In this document: positions 39,678 through 53,400 of the stretch, piece after piece
Layout of the letters: each line of letters starts with the position of its first letter
Position numbering within the stretch: position 1 is the stretch's first letter
From: Bispira polyomma
Taxonomy: Eukaryota
Reading direction: 5' to 3'
DNA: 64,000 nt
Assembly: GCA_965649765.1 (NCBI GenBank)
Contig: OZ287756.1
Coordinates: 48,174,001 to 48,238,000, forward strand
Made by a program: the position numbers and the translations under genes
The notes under the pieces: model-generated
What the model saw: the letters and a program-made list of their open reading frames with translations, nothing else
Told to the model about the DNA's origin: nothing
Databases searched by the model: none

Positions 39678-42600
39678 TACTCTATGTCTGTCAGCAAGCA
39701 GTCGACACCTCAAAAATATTATTTTATTTTCCTTTAGTTTCTCGCAATAGGAAATTGTTCTCAGTTTGAAATTTTTTTTACGCGAGGTCTTTATTGAATG
39801 CTGGAAGTTAGTCTGTGCATGTTTTAGTGACTCCAGATATCAGCAACCAGTACTAGTAATGTTATAGGAAAAAAAATTTGCTCAGGTGATGTAGTCCTGA
39901 ATACACAACACTTGCTCTTAGTATTGGAATTGAAATAAGTTGGGTTTTACGTCACTTTCAACAGCTGACGATCATATCACTATGTACAGATTTAATGATA
40001 GAGCAAAGCAGTGTTGAAGCAAACACCTGACATACTTTGCCCACATGAAGCATGAAGGAAGAACACAAGATTCAAACTTCAGATAGCTGTATATACTAAT
40101 CATCTGGGGCCGAATTCAGAAAAGGTCTTTGTCTTAACTTGGTCTAAAAATTTAAGTTTTTAGTCTTTGATTGTGTCCAAAAAGGTTAAGATTCTGGTCT
40201 TTAGTTAGAGTGACAGTAAGAAGAGATCTTAGTGTTAATTTTGCTCTAAGACACTAAGACTACTGACAGTAGACAGTCTTAAATAAATATTAAGTTTAAG
40301 ACTAAGTTAAGACTAAGACGTTTTGTGAATACAGCACCTGGTAAGACATTCACATAGGTGTAGACTGAGTATATATGCTTGTCAAATGACTAAAGGTGTG
40401 GTATTGTTGTTGTAAATTAAGTGATCCTGTCTGACAAACTTCCAAGAGCCTTTAACAAGACCACACACACACATTGCAATCCAGACAGTTATACTCCAAG
40501 GATCAACCAAAACTAAAGGATGGTCCAAAACATTAACTTTCCCTTAGTGCCTACTTTTAATAAAACATCCAACAGATTCTAAAATGTAGGCTGCGCAATG
40601 CCCGTAAGCATGTCTTTGTGAAATGTTTGAAATCTACATAAAATGCACAGTATAATGCACGGTAGATTGTTTACATGCTTCCATTAGTCGCCCTTGGCGC
40701 CCTTCTGTATTCAAACTTAAATATCTCAGCCATTTCTTAAGGGATTTTAATGAAACAAAAAGCACAGTAATCGCAATTAAAATAAATTTACCTATCATAT
40801 TTTTATGAAATTTTTACCTCCAGTAAATTCTGAGCTTTTAAGAAATAATCAGCCTTTGGTATTTTTTTTGTAATTATAAATGCTTTTATTTTGCAAACTC
40901 AGTTGTCATATGTTGATATGATGGAACAGCCACAACATAGAACCGCCTACGTAGTAGTAACACGTTTAAATTATCATGGGCTCATTTCAATAAAAAAATA
41001 ATGGTTTATCATTTTAGAATAGGAATAATATACTTAAATTTTTAAATTGGTTTATGCGCATTTAAACGATCTCTGGGGTTGAATTAATGAACTTAGCCCT
41101 TCGTGCATTACAGTCACCCCATCGATCGTTTAAAATGCGTATAAAACACTCGTTTGTATTTTTTTTTTTTTATTATACTATTTTATTTCTATAGTATAAG
41201 TTATTGAATGTTAAAAAAACTTCATCGCTTTTATAGAGATGGGCAAAAGGTAAAAGTTTCTGTGCAATAAATACTGATAAATACAATTGGTTCGGTATGA
41301 AAAAAAGTCAAAATACCAGGCAGGGATGTGGACAGGACCTTTGTACTCAAGATTTCTCTACTGCAATTTGGACATAAATAGAGGAAGTGTAGAATGGTGG
41401 AACCCTACACAGAATAAACAGTACAAAAACGCCTATAGAAGATCTTTAAAAGAAGCTACACATCCCCACCAATTCCCTCTCAATTCCCAAATTCTATATA
41501 ATCTAACGAGAAACATCAAGTTGATAATATCAAAACAGTATTTCTTTCTGCTTCGGATTTTCAGAAATTTTTAGGGTTTTTTTTTGTGCAAAGGCATCAG
41601 ATGTCGCCTTAATATCAAAACCACTGTAGAAGAGCAAGATTTTGTTTAGATATATAATAATAAAACAACTATTTTTGAAAGGGTTGAAAAATAGAAGATG
41701 TGTTTTAATGTAACAAAGAGAAAATGTAACATTGGGAAAGTGGAAACGAGTTGGCTAACTTGAATATTTGGATAATACAAGTTTGTAGGTTCTACTGTAA
41801 CTGACTAAATGTAGTACTTTTCCTCACTAAAGATCTCCCCTTGTGTTAAGGCTGGCTTCTTAAAAGCCTCCAACCTCTAAATACAAGCACCAAATGAGCT
41901 TTGTTATGAGAGTTATTAGTACAAATATTGGCCTTGTCTCAGCAGTAACCCCTCTCCACTAAATATCTCTCACCATGCTGTAATATTCACATCAACGTCA
42001 GCTTTCCCACCATGAAATCAGCAACCATTTTAGTGGGGGATTTCTTAAATTATCGTTATTTTTTTCTTTTGCCTTGGGTTTTTTCGAATTCTTAACTATA
42101 CTCAGCTCAAATTCATACTCTACTCAAATCTGGATACCATAAAAAATATCTAAAATCTGACTCGAAATTTGAATTCAGTGTTGAAAGCTCTTATTAAAAT
42201 GAATGGCCATAAGTATAGGTTATTTTCACAAACAAGGATTTTCAAATAGCCAATAGGTATATTTGAGCGGAGTTGTGAGTTTCAGCAGGAGTTTACTTCG
42301 ACAATAATACCAGCCCTTTGGTAGGGCCTTTACTACAGAGATGATGGTATGTATCTCAGTGTGCGCACTTGTCAGAAAAACCACTGGGTGTTCGTTTACC
42401 AAATGCTTAAGGAGGCTGAAACTCATGGAGTTTTTAGTGGCTATTTCGCGTGACATATTGGCTATTTGCACTTTAGGAATATCCCATGCAAAAAAACATT
42501 CTTTGACGCCTACTTCAAAGGGGTAGCAGTCACAGATGCTACAGAGGGGATCATTAATAAGAATTCCTTCATAAATGTACTAACATACCTGTTTGGGAAT

Positions 42601-45600
42601 TGTACCATGCTTACTGCTTAGTGTGCAGCCCTATGTTGGAATAACTTTGTTTGATTACATACAGAGCGAGAAGAAAATGTTCCATTTACAAATTTGGATA
42701 CATATTATACCTTTATAAGTTTTATAACATGATTATATGAAATAGGTCCGTGGCACCATATACAAAACAAGCCAAAGTATAAAAAATAACATCACAGATA
42801 CCCAAAATCTCATGTAGCAAAAAAACAGAAACACAGAAGAAAGTAAGCTACGGAATAACCGATATTCAAACCCAGGGTTAGAACTCTCAAGATCAAAGGT
42901 CAAAATAGGTCAGATCATTACTTTGCCCTAACTGACACCCTCGACCAAAGTAGTTTTTGCCTACCTAAAAATGACTGATGAAAATGGTACCTTGTAGACC
43001 AATTTCCTGTGACATTTTGAATTGACATTTTGAATTAGGGTGTCTCTACCGTTAAAGTCCTTTATAATGGTAGTGATTTTGGAGGGAATAATGGGATCCC
43101 AGTAAGTGGATATTTCTAAGGCGATCAACCGACAGCCGACGGCAATTTTATCACTTTTACTGATTTATAACCAAGTGTTTCCATGTGAGCAACTCTGACG
43201 GGCGGCGGGCAATGCAATGGCAATTTTTTCGCTCCTGGTACCGAAAAAAATCACCTAGCATCGCCTGTCACATTGTAAACATTGTGTTACAGATTATTAA
43301 TATTAACCAGAAACACAAATTTCCTTCTAAAATCGGCTGTAAAATTGCTTGCAGGGAAACATAAAATTGCCAGATTGCCCGTCGGCAATTGCAGACATGG
43401 AAATGTACACTAGGAGTATCCCTTGTGGTATGATAGGCAGTGAGTGGATGATTACACATTTTGTGGTAGATCAATCTTTAAAAAATCATTTTTATGATAT
43501 AAAATACACATTTTTATCAAGGAATGAGACAGTACTCCCGGTATCATCAGATCTGTATGATTTTTCCTACCATCACTAAGCTTTTGTGTAACTTTAAAAA
43601 TTTAGACTTTTTAGTTTTTACTACAAGTGGTAAACAACTTCTATCAATCGATATTCATTTCAGAGTTAGAGTCATAATAACAGCTTTTATGCATTACATA
43701 AGGACCACCTACTAACCCACAACCTTCACATAGACCTAGCCCATCTCTAAGGCTAGAAACATGTCAGCTTTTTTAGGAGTGACATAGAAGACCCAGAGTA
43801 GGGAATCTAAATTTGCCACTGTATCTAAAAATCGCCACCCCTACTAAGATTTAAGCCAAATCAATCAAAACTGGCCAAAACTTCCTCAAATTTAGGTAAG
43901 TAAGGTAAGATATCACAAAAATCTTAATTTCTGCAAATATTACCCATAATTCTATCAAACACACAACATTTTCTAGGTGACAAATTTAAGATTCCTTACT
44001 CTAACTTTGCCACAGTAGTAATACACCACCCTAATAAAACAGACTACAAAGCTACTAACTTTGAGGCTGTGTCCAAAATATTAACAAACAAGCCAGGGCC
44101 TTGAGCGGGTCTTTTTTACCCTTTACACGCAGGTAATACGCCCTTGTAATGAGAAAGAATGGGCGCCTAATTGGGTGTTGGTAACGGAGCCTGTAGTCCC
44201 TGCAAATTGGGGCATTAGTGGGAGAATGTGAGATCCATTCCATCTCTCTCCCCTCTCTCGCAGTAGTCATTCTGACCTGCAGAACCCTAACCCCACTCTT
44301 CATAGCCCCCCCCCCCCCCCTCTCCCTGCACTCCCCCCCCCCCCTCCCCCCCACTTCTTGGTTCTAAAAAGCTATTTGGTACTTAACTCAGTAACGAGTG
44401 CATTTACTTGCTTTTAGTGGTGCTTTTAGTGGAATATGTGACATATATAGATCTGTAACCAAGAAAATTACAATTTATGTAATGAAGGGGGAAAAATGTC
44501 GTTAAAAAAAAGACAACAAAGGTAATTGTAGAGCCAGATCAGTTGATATAAACATACATGCCTGTACTGCTCTTAATGATAACACACAAAAAAGTAGTCT
44601 ATTTTAACTTAGGGACTTGGGGGGTTCTATAATGTCTCTGTTCTAGGAAGACTGTAACAACTGCATCAGACTGTAAGTTTTTAACTGAGACACAGATGGT
44701 GGGTAAAAAAAAACACTTTCAACCAAACTCAATATCTAGGCATTTCACAAGAATTCAAGTGCAAGTTTGTGAAAGACAAAAAACATTTTCTAAAAAAAAT
44801 TTAACAATATTTTAGACAAGGGTTCAATCAGATATTATAGACTGGTACATCTATCACAGTCAACATCTTGAAAGTCATGAGCTACAGCAATCATTTGTTA
44901 TTATTCAGTTAACTTACTGTATTACATTTTTAAGAAGATCAGTTTGACTGAAAATAACACGAATTGTGCTCTGCATCGCAGTGCAAAGTGTACACTATTT
45001 TAACATTCAACTCTCGTCAATTAAAAACCTTAGAGAAACGCTTGCTGCTAAAATACAGATGTCTTTTTTAAAAAAAAAAAATATATACAATACCCATTTA
45101 AATTTTCAGAAGTGCTTATATTTGCAATATAATAAAATTTAGCCATTAGCGTCACAGCAGAAAGACTAAGAATATAAGAATATATAAATAATGTTATCTT
45201 TACATGTTCAGGTGAAATTGTAAAACAATTACAAGACTTTTGGAATTCGCGTCATGAAACCCTAAAGTAAAGAACTAACCTTCAACTGGCCATAATACAG
45301 TAGAACCTCTATTATCCAAACATATTAGAAACGTAAAATTTTTGTTCCGATAATAAAAATCCATAAAGTGGAAGATGCAGTAAAAACAAAAAACAAACAC
45401 AAAAAAAAAAACAAGTACATTTTAACTTAGCCACTGTGAATGTCCTAATAGGTATAAGAAGTGATTGAAATTATTCCATACCAACAAAATCGAGGACTTT
45501 CATCACCGATTTCTCGAGGCGGTACCCTCTCCTCCCCTCCTCTCCTCCCCTCCCCCCCTCCAAAAAAAAGATATATTCCCTAAACTCTCTCTCTCTGAAA

Positions 45601-47214
45601 AGACCTTAGGCTTTGAACTCAGACTTAAGAATGGGATGTGCTCTTTTACAAGAATAAAGAATGTGATCTTCATTTTTAAAAGAATTATAAATGTACTCTG
45701 TGTGAGAAGAACGAGTGTGAATCGAATTTAGGTGTAAGTAGAACCTGTTGTTAAGGTCCTAACTTTAGAAAATACTGTATTTTTATAGGTATAAGTGGAA
45801 GTTAGCTATAATTAGAACCAAATCCTGTGGATATCGGAGGTTCTAGTGATACAGAGTCCACTGTATTTACAGAAAACTTACAGCTTCACTAAGAACATTT
45901 ACTCTAGATATGGATATTTAGAAAAGAAAAATAAAAACATTGTAAAAGTTGTTATTTTATAGAGGTAATGTATTATAGAACGCAGTACTGTCAAGAAAAA
46001 AGAAGAAATCACCCTATAGAAGGGAAAAAACTGAGGTGGTGGTTAGTATTACTTAGTACATTATAAAAAGTAAGTGGACTTCTAGGAAGATTTATCTCAA
46101 GTAGCATCTGTGAGGTGTTAAAAACAATGTTATAAAACTCAGGTTATTTTTACTATTGTAAAAAATAATAAATCTCTCGGCCAAGCCAAATAAAACGCAT
46201 ATAAAGGTATGAAAAAAAAATGCTCAATTGTGTTTAGGTATATGGTAAAGGATGGAAAATAAAAGTTCTAGTGTATCACCAAGATGACAGGATACATAGG
46301 ACTGACAACAGAAATATAACCAGTCATTAAGATTAAGGAACAGCATTTGGTTGAGCAAAATTTGTTCTAATGTTTTTAAGACATTTCTATCTAAATTAAA
46401 CAGTTACTTTCATGATATGTGAGCTGCACTAGTATGTTTTAACGTTTCAAAGCTTAGTATTAGTATACTGTATTTATAATAAACTGTTAATAGATAAGCT
46501 GTTATAACTCAAAAAAATAAATTTTAAATTTTTCCCAAACATGAAATAAGAAGCCAATAAAATTGCTGAAAAAAAAAATCCAACAAAAAAGATCACAATG
46601 AGAAGTTTATATACTTTAAAAAAATGTGAATTCATTACATACCAAAGGGTGAATGTAAAGAAGCAGAGAAAACAAATGTGCCCAGGGTCTATAAAAGTGA
46701 AGTACTGAGGACATTAAATACCATTTACTACTGTTACCATACACTTGTGTACATCATCCATACACAGCAATGAGGCAGGAGTATTTGATTTATAACATAA
46801 CTGTCTAAATGTGGTCGGATATTTATAATTCTTCCACCGTTTCTGTTCAGTATCTTGAGCCACAAATTTTGATGCCAAATATTTCATATAAGAGGGTCTA
46901 GAAGCGCTTCTATTGCACAACTTTCTGCTGTGTGTAGAGTCCAAATTTCTACCTGGGAGCATGGCTTTTATGTGTATGGAAACAGCAATATTACCCTCGA
47001 CATACAGTGAACACTCACTGGAACAAGTCAATGTGTTCACTACAAAGAGGTGTTCACTAGTCAAAAGTACTGCACAAATATACTGGTGACAAACTGGGAC
47101 CAAGACAAACTGCTTATGATAAAGAAGTGGTTTTTTTTCACTCTTTTCAGAGGTGTTCACCATCACAGGTTTTAGTGTGTGTTGTTAACTAAGAAGTAAT
47201 AATTGTATACTCAC

Positions 47215-47898
47215 ACTGGCGCTTATTTCTTGGTTTTGATATCCAGTTTGGCCTGAAGATGGCATTAGGACATTCCCTACTAAGCCTTCACCCAACTGCT
47301 GCTGATGGTGGTTGTTTCTTTGCATCGCCGGATTCATCTGCATTCCTGCTCCTCCACCAGTTTGCTGGCTCATTTGCATAGCTCCGCCTCCCATGTGCTG
47401 GTTCATTTGCATAGCCCCACCTCCCATGCCCTGTATCATGCCCTGATTGGCTACCATGTTGTTCTGATTGGCTACCATGTTGTTCTGCATGCCTTCCATT
47501 GCCAGCATCCTCGGATTAGCAGATACCTGTCCTGCCCCCATATTCCCAAACTGGTTGACATTATTCGACCTATTGGCGGCTATCATGTCAGTGCCAATCA
47601 TTTTCATGTCCGGCTGGCTTGGCATCATGGCATTCATATTGCCACTCCTCATTGCCCCGCCCATATTCATAGCAGAGGTCATTCCTTGGCCACTGACACT
47701 GCCCATACCTTGCTGCATAGGCACATTGCCAAGCAATCCCACGTTCTGGTTACCTTGGTTACCCGGATTGAGACCCATCATCCCTGCCATCTGCATGTCG
47801 CTCTGCATCATGTTGCCTTGGAAACCAGGTGGGGCATTACCAAGGAGACCACTAGCCATCATGCCTCCTGACTGGTTCATAACTCCAGCCCGATTCAT
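47215..47898 (-). CDS. First coding exon of the host gene: 228-codon M/G/N/Q-rich low-complexity domain; putative nuclear RNA-binding protein (Matrin3/RBM20/ZNF638-like, tentative)
   Basis: GC-rich long ORF; gccATG at 47898 with an upstream in-frame TAA; acceptors at ~47932 and ~47968; donor AGT|gtgagt at 47214; GLLGNAP and GLLGNVP motifs. The confidence value is for the exon, not the family assignment. Confidence 0.85.
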
Positions 47899-49817
47899 GG
47901 CGCGTGTCACAAGCACCTGCTGTTACTTGGCCTGGTAAAGTTTAATTATAAAGGTTTGTGGAATAACTGAACAGCAAGAAGAGAGAAGGCTGGGAACAAT
48001 ACAATCCTTAAAAGAGACCAACTTCAAACATATGCTGTAATTAGGCACTAAGAAAGAGTTTTGTCTGTATGAACTGTGGACGAGCCATTTTTAATGAAAG
48101 ACGATTAACTTTTCTAGAAGACTATGTCTTGGAGCAATCTGTAAAAATAGTGGTAAAAGACAAAACAAAAACAATAATTTTTAGGAAATATATAAACACA
48201 TGAAAGCACTTTTAAAAGTTCAACGCATTATTATTATTCCTACTTTTTGTTGTTGTTTTTTAAATCAAGTATATTAAGTATATTATTTATATATATATTA
48301 TAATATATATATTTATTTTTATAATTAATTATTATATTAATAAGTATATTAAGTATATTATGTAAGAGAATTAACCAAAAAAAGAAGTGACAGTACTTTA
48401 CAACCTTGGAAAACAATTGTAAATAGTTGTTACTATTAAACTGTCACTACTGACTAATGTCAATAGACTCAATGTAATGTGAATACAGTTCTAAACACGA
48501 TCTCTTTACATTGAAACCAAAACAATGAATACAAAATCTTAAGGTTAAGGTGAAACAAACACATTTCTTTTCTTTAAACCCTAAAGAAGCAAATTGTTTC
48601 TAGAGAGGTGTTTTAAAACTGAACATTTTTGAAGACACATTTAAAAAATATAATAACAACCTGTATATCCATAGTATATGTACTAGACAAAATTTATCCG
48701 TTTCCACTAAACCATGTCCTCACTCCACAAATTCCTAATGGATAAAATGCCTCTTTACAGAGAATCTGTCAATATTAATTTCCATGGGAATTAATTAATT
48801 TTTTTTAAAAAACATGCCAAAGAAGCATTTTCTTACAACTAGTAGAAATGTGAATGACAGCTGTCGAATTGAAACAAAAAATGTCAAGGCGAATGGAACC
48901 ATTTCTGCAAAATGTTTTCAATGGAAGTTTGTTAACAATTCTAGAGCCTAAGTTTTCACTCAATGTTGAATTGACATTGTTCATTCCAACAAGCCAGAGA
49001 AATATCTTGAAATATAATTTTATAGTATTTCAGCACATATATCTCCCAATCTTATATATTTATATTACTGCAATATATTTTTTTTTCAAAATACTACAAA
49101 TACTTATTCCTAAAAGTATATGCATCAACCCAATTTTTTTTTTTAACGTTTAACGCCTGTAACTAAAAACAAGTCATTTATCAAGTTAGTAGTCCTTGAT
49201 AACTTCCTTACATCTGTGGCAATAAGAACTAATTCCAATCAATTAAAGCGAGAAAAAAAATAAGTTCTGTCCATACTGTGGCTTAGTCGCATAGTAGCAG
49301 AATTTGTAAAACTTGAGGTCACTCTGTGTGTAGTAAATGTGAAAGTCAAAGAAGCAAACGTTGCAGAGATGGAAACATAAACTGCTGAAAAGCACACACA
49401 TACACCCAACCCGATCAGCTTGTAAATAATGTGTACCAACTGAAAGAGGGTTTTTATCAAATAAAGGTCAGCTATGTTGTGTAACTTTATTGTTTTTTTA
49501 ACATATTTACTGGTTATAAGTGAAAAACTGTCAAATACACAATCTCTCTTGTGTGATTTCTATACTTTGGCATAATGTGTGAAATTTAAGTTAGAAAAGT
49601 TCTGCAAAGTTAGAGGTCTGCTGACTCTGCCTACCATAAAAAGATGGTGGCCCAACTCAATGCTTGTTTGACTTGGACCGACAGTCCAGTCTTCATTGCT
49701 CTTACTATACTGCCTTTCATCAGACTATATTAGGACATGTCAACAAGGAAAGAATTGTCACAATATTTTCCCCTTTACTCAATTTGCTTGTGTTACAATG
49801 TGCAATTCTTATTGGGC

Positions 49818-50446
49818 GGTCACACTGGGTATGTATGGGTTTACTTTTATTTTGTACAAGATTTTATGAAACATAAGCAAACGGAAATAAACAAAGTGAA
49901 ATTTGGGAAAACATAACCCAAAAATTAATGTATTGTACGTTTTAAATACGATTTGTACATGCCTTTAACACATTTTGGTAGCTGTTTCAACCACATTTTT
50001 TTTTGTTAGCCACGTTTTTAGATACGTTGTATATCATTTTCTTACGCATTTTATTACATTTGGATCTTGTTACCCATGTTTTAAATAGGTTGCATTCGCT
50101 TCAGTTGTGTCTTTCATGTCTCTGGTAATTATTTGGATGTATAGTACATTTCAATGCTATCTTGTAGGTTTATATACACATGTAAGACATGTCAGACATT
50201 CCCTACATGTCCCCCAAATGCAGAGGCCATTTCAGTGGATATTGTCAAAAACAGCTTCAAACATACCATATTTTCGTGCCGTTCGAAATGATGAATTTTG
50301 TAATTGTTTTTCTTATGTTTGACTTACGCAAGCTTACGTTTATATAGGTTCAAGAAGAATAATTTGATTCAGATTCGTTTTTATTCAATTTCACCTGGTG
50401 TTTGTTTAATTTTTTAGCATAATCGAAACAGAAGCCCAGTGTGACC
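49818..50446. mobile_element. TIR element, unclassified
   Basis: ggtcacactggg ... cccagtgtgacc. Confidence 0.55.
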
Positions 50447-53400
50447 ACGACATATGGTAATAAGAATCTTTTAAACAAAAGTCCACAAACTGTGTCCCCC
50501 CCCCCCCCCCCCCAACTGATTATGTAACATTGATTTTCTCAGTATTATAGATTTGTGAAAGCTTTTTAAAGAGCGCATAATATGAGCACACGTCTGCAGT
50601 GCCATTAAATAAGAACCCTGTGTAACCACTCAGATTCCACGCAGATTACATAAAGAGGATTAGTGAAGTGACATGAGAAGAAGAATAGAAGCTGAATTGA
50701 AATATACAAACAACTTTTACTCCACTTCAATCTAACCAGAGATATGGGGAGCTTGAATTGGAGTGTTTGAGTTAAGTCTCAGATTTTGGTGGAGAATTAC
50801 TGAACCTAAGGTTTTACAGAAGTAAGACACATTTCAAAAGACAAAGACACAACAAAAGATTTTTCTTTAGGAACTTTAACCATATGTCAACTTGAGATTT
50901 TTTTCAATGTAGCAGCTTCAATAAACACACGTGTAAAACACTACAGATTAGGTAGAGACAATTTCCGATCTTCTGCACAGAACTTAAAATCCTCTGGAGA
51001 AAAACGAATTCTATTTAATTGGGAAATAAATACTAGGTTATATACACTGCATAAAAAACTCAAATAAACAAAATTAAATTTTTTGAATTTCTACTTAAAA
51101 TTGTAATTTTTGTTGACAGCAGTTGAAATCCTGTCCTATAAACACCATAAACATAAACAACCATAAAGTCAAATTCTAATTAAAATTCTAATTTCTGTCG
51201 ACAGAATTCGAATTCCTGTATTTCTGAAAGCAAAAATTAGAATCTTATTTTCTATCACCAAAAAATGTTATACTGGCAGATTTTAATTTCTGTCATTATA
51301 ACAGACACAACTACATATACTACGAAGCTTCAGACACAACAAACCTGACTATCCTTTAGAAGAAGAAGAAAAATAGGGAAGTTGCAAATTATGTTGCAGA
51401 AGTACTAACTGAAGAAGTAAAGAAATACAATAATCAATAATCTAAAATGGAATAGTTCCTAAACGCAATAGACTTTTTGTCTAACTATTAAAAAGTCACA
51501 TTAAAGTGATTTAACTGAAGTTACAGCATGCCAGCCAATTTATCCAATAATAAATACAAATGTCAAGAGCAGCTTTTCAATAAAAGTCTATTCTGAGAAT
51601 GTCTGACAAAGAAAACATAATTTTGTATTTTTTCCCCATTATTACAGTTATAAGTTCAAAAAAGAAAACAATTTTCTTTGTTTTCGTAGAAATTAAGAGA
51701 AACTTTTTACTACCTTTCCCAAGGAAAAGGAGGTTATGTTTTCATCTGTGTCTCGTTGGTTTGTCCGTCGTTTACCAAGATCACACAAAAACTACTCCAC
51801 CAATTGAAACAAAATTTAGTGGGGATGAGGAATGGTTTAAAAGAGAATCCACTAAACTATTTTAAGCAATTCCAGTGAGGGTTTTGTTTCACTTTGTCTT
51901 ACTGTGGACCCTTGGCGGAGGTATGCGATCGACAGACCCTTGATCCTGTTCTTGTTTAGATGTGAGATCATGGTTCACATTTTGGTTTTTTATCATCATG
52001 ATCATAAAAGATTTTGTGCATCAGTTATAAATTATACTCTCATGTCACAAAGAGAAACAAAAACCATGAATAATAAATATGGTGCCTGTGTTAAAAATGT
52101 GCAATTTTAATAGGAATCTTGGTTTTATCCTGATAAAGCATTTTGTAAATCAAAAAGAGAAAGTATCTATAAAAGACTGTACATTTCATTTTCTTTTTGC
52201 CAACAAAAAAAAACCAGCACCAATCCTGCTAATCCAGTCACACATCAATAATTCACCATTGAGAGATGTCTGGACAGCTAAATGTAACCCATTCATACAG
52301 AATTTTATAACCACATGTAAAAATGAAGTCAACAAGAAAAACATCACCTGACAAATATTTACTACATTTTCACAAATAAAGTCTACAAAAAACAAGAATG
52401 TGTATTGGCTTTGAGTTTTAGTGGTTTCAACTACCAGAAGTACAGCAGCATTCTTAATTTCTTAAATTTTTGTCTCAATCAATCTCAGTGGCTCAAACAT
52501 TTTGTTTCAAAGAATCCGATTGGTGAATATGGCAACAGAACACAATTGTGAGAAAAAGAGAGAACATAGAGTGAAGAAATAAACTGAACACTTAAGAAAT
52601 GTCAAACTTTAATAATCCGTCTTACAATCAACCAATTAGAATGACTATTACAAATGAATTTGTCCCAACAACCAGACATAGGAGAAATTTCTAATACTTT
52701 TAGAAAGAATGTACAGAGCTAAGGAGTATTATGTAAGGTCAAAAAACATTGTGGCTTGAACAAGCGTCACACCTCAGAACAATAATGTAAACATAAATGT
52801 TTGTAGATTTATAGTCTGATATCACCTCTATTAAGGTCTCAGCCGACTTTACAATTTGTAACTAAGCCTAACTTGTGTCATTTTACGGCGGGCTGAAAAC
52901 TTTTTGACAAAAATTTTGGGAACTTGTGACAACTTGAGCAGGTTTTTAAGACCAAGAGTCAAGGTCATGCAGAGAATTTAAAACAAGAAATTGTCAGGGC
53001 CCGTATTCTCCAACGTATACTCAGTTTAAACTCATAGTCAACTCAAATACAGACCATATGGAAATTCATGTACATGGAAATAACTTATACTTGTGACCAT
53101 TCATTTCAATAGAGCTTTTAACCCTGAATTCAAATATGAAGTCAGATCTCAGATATGTTTACTGTATCCAGAGTTATAGAGAATCCAGATTTGAGTTGAG
53201 TATGAGTTTAAGCTGAGTATACATTCGAGAATACCAGCCCAGGAGTCCAAACACAGCTATCCAGAACTGACACAAGTTTGACAGAAGTTGCATCGAGCTG
53301 CCCAGAGTTCCTCTTAGCTAAGCACGACAAACGCTGACTTTATCAAAAGCTGTCCTGAACCAGGTGTCCGTGTTCAGCTCATGCACAACTCATTGAGGAA

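Noticed and set aside
46714-47166. 150-aa minus-strand ORF
   Set aside because: Lies just past a strong donor in intronic sequence; GTG start and no recognisable motif.
47305-47938. Plus-strand ORFs of 188 and 156 aa
   Set aside because: Antisense shadows of the low-complexity exon.
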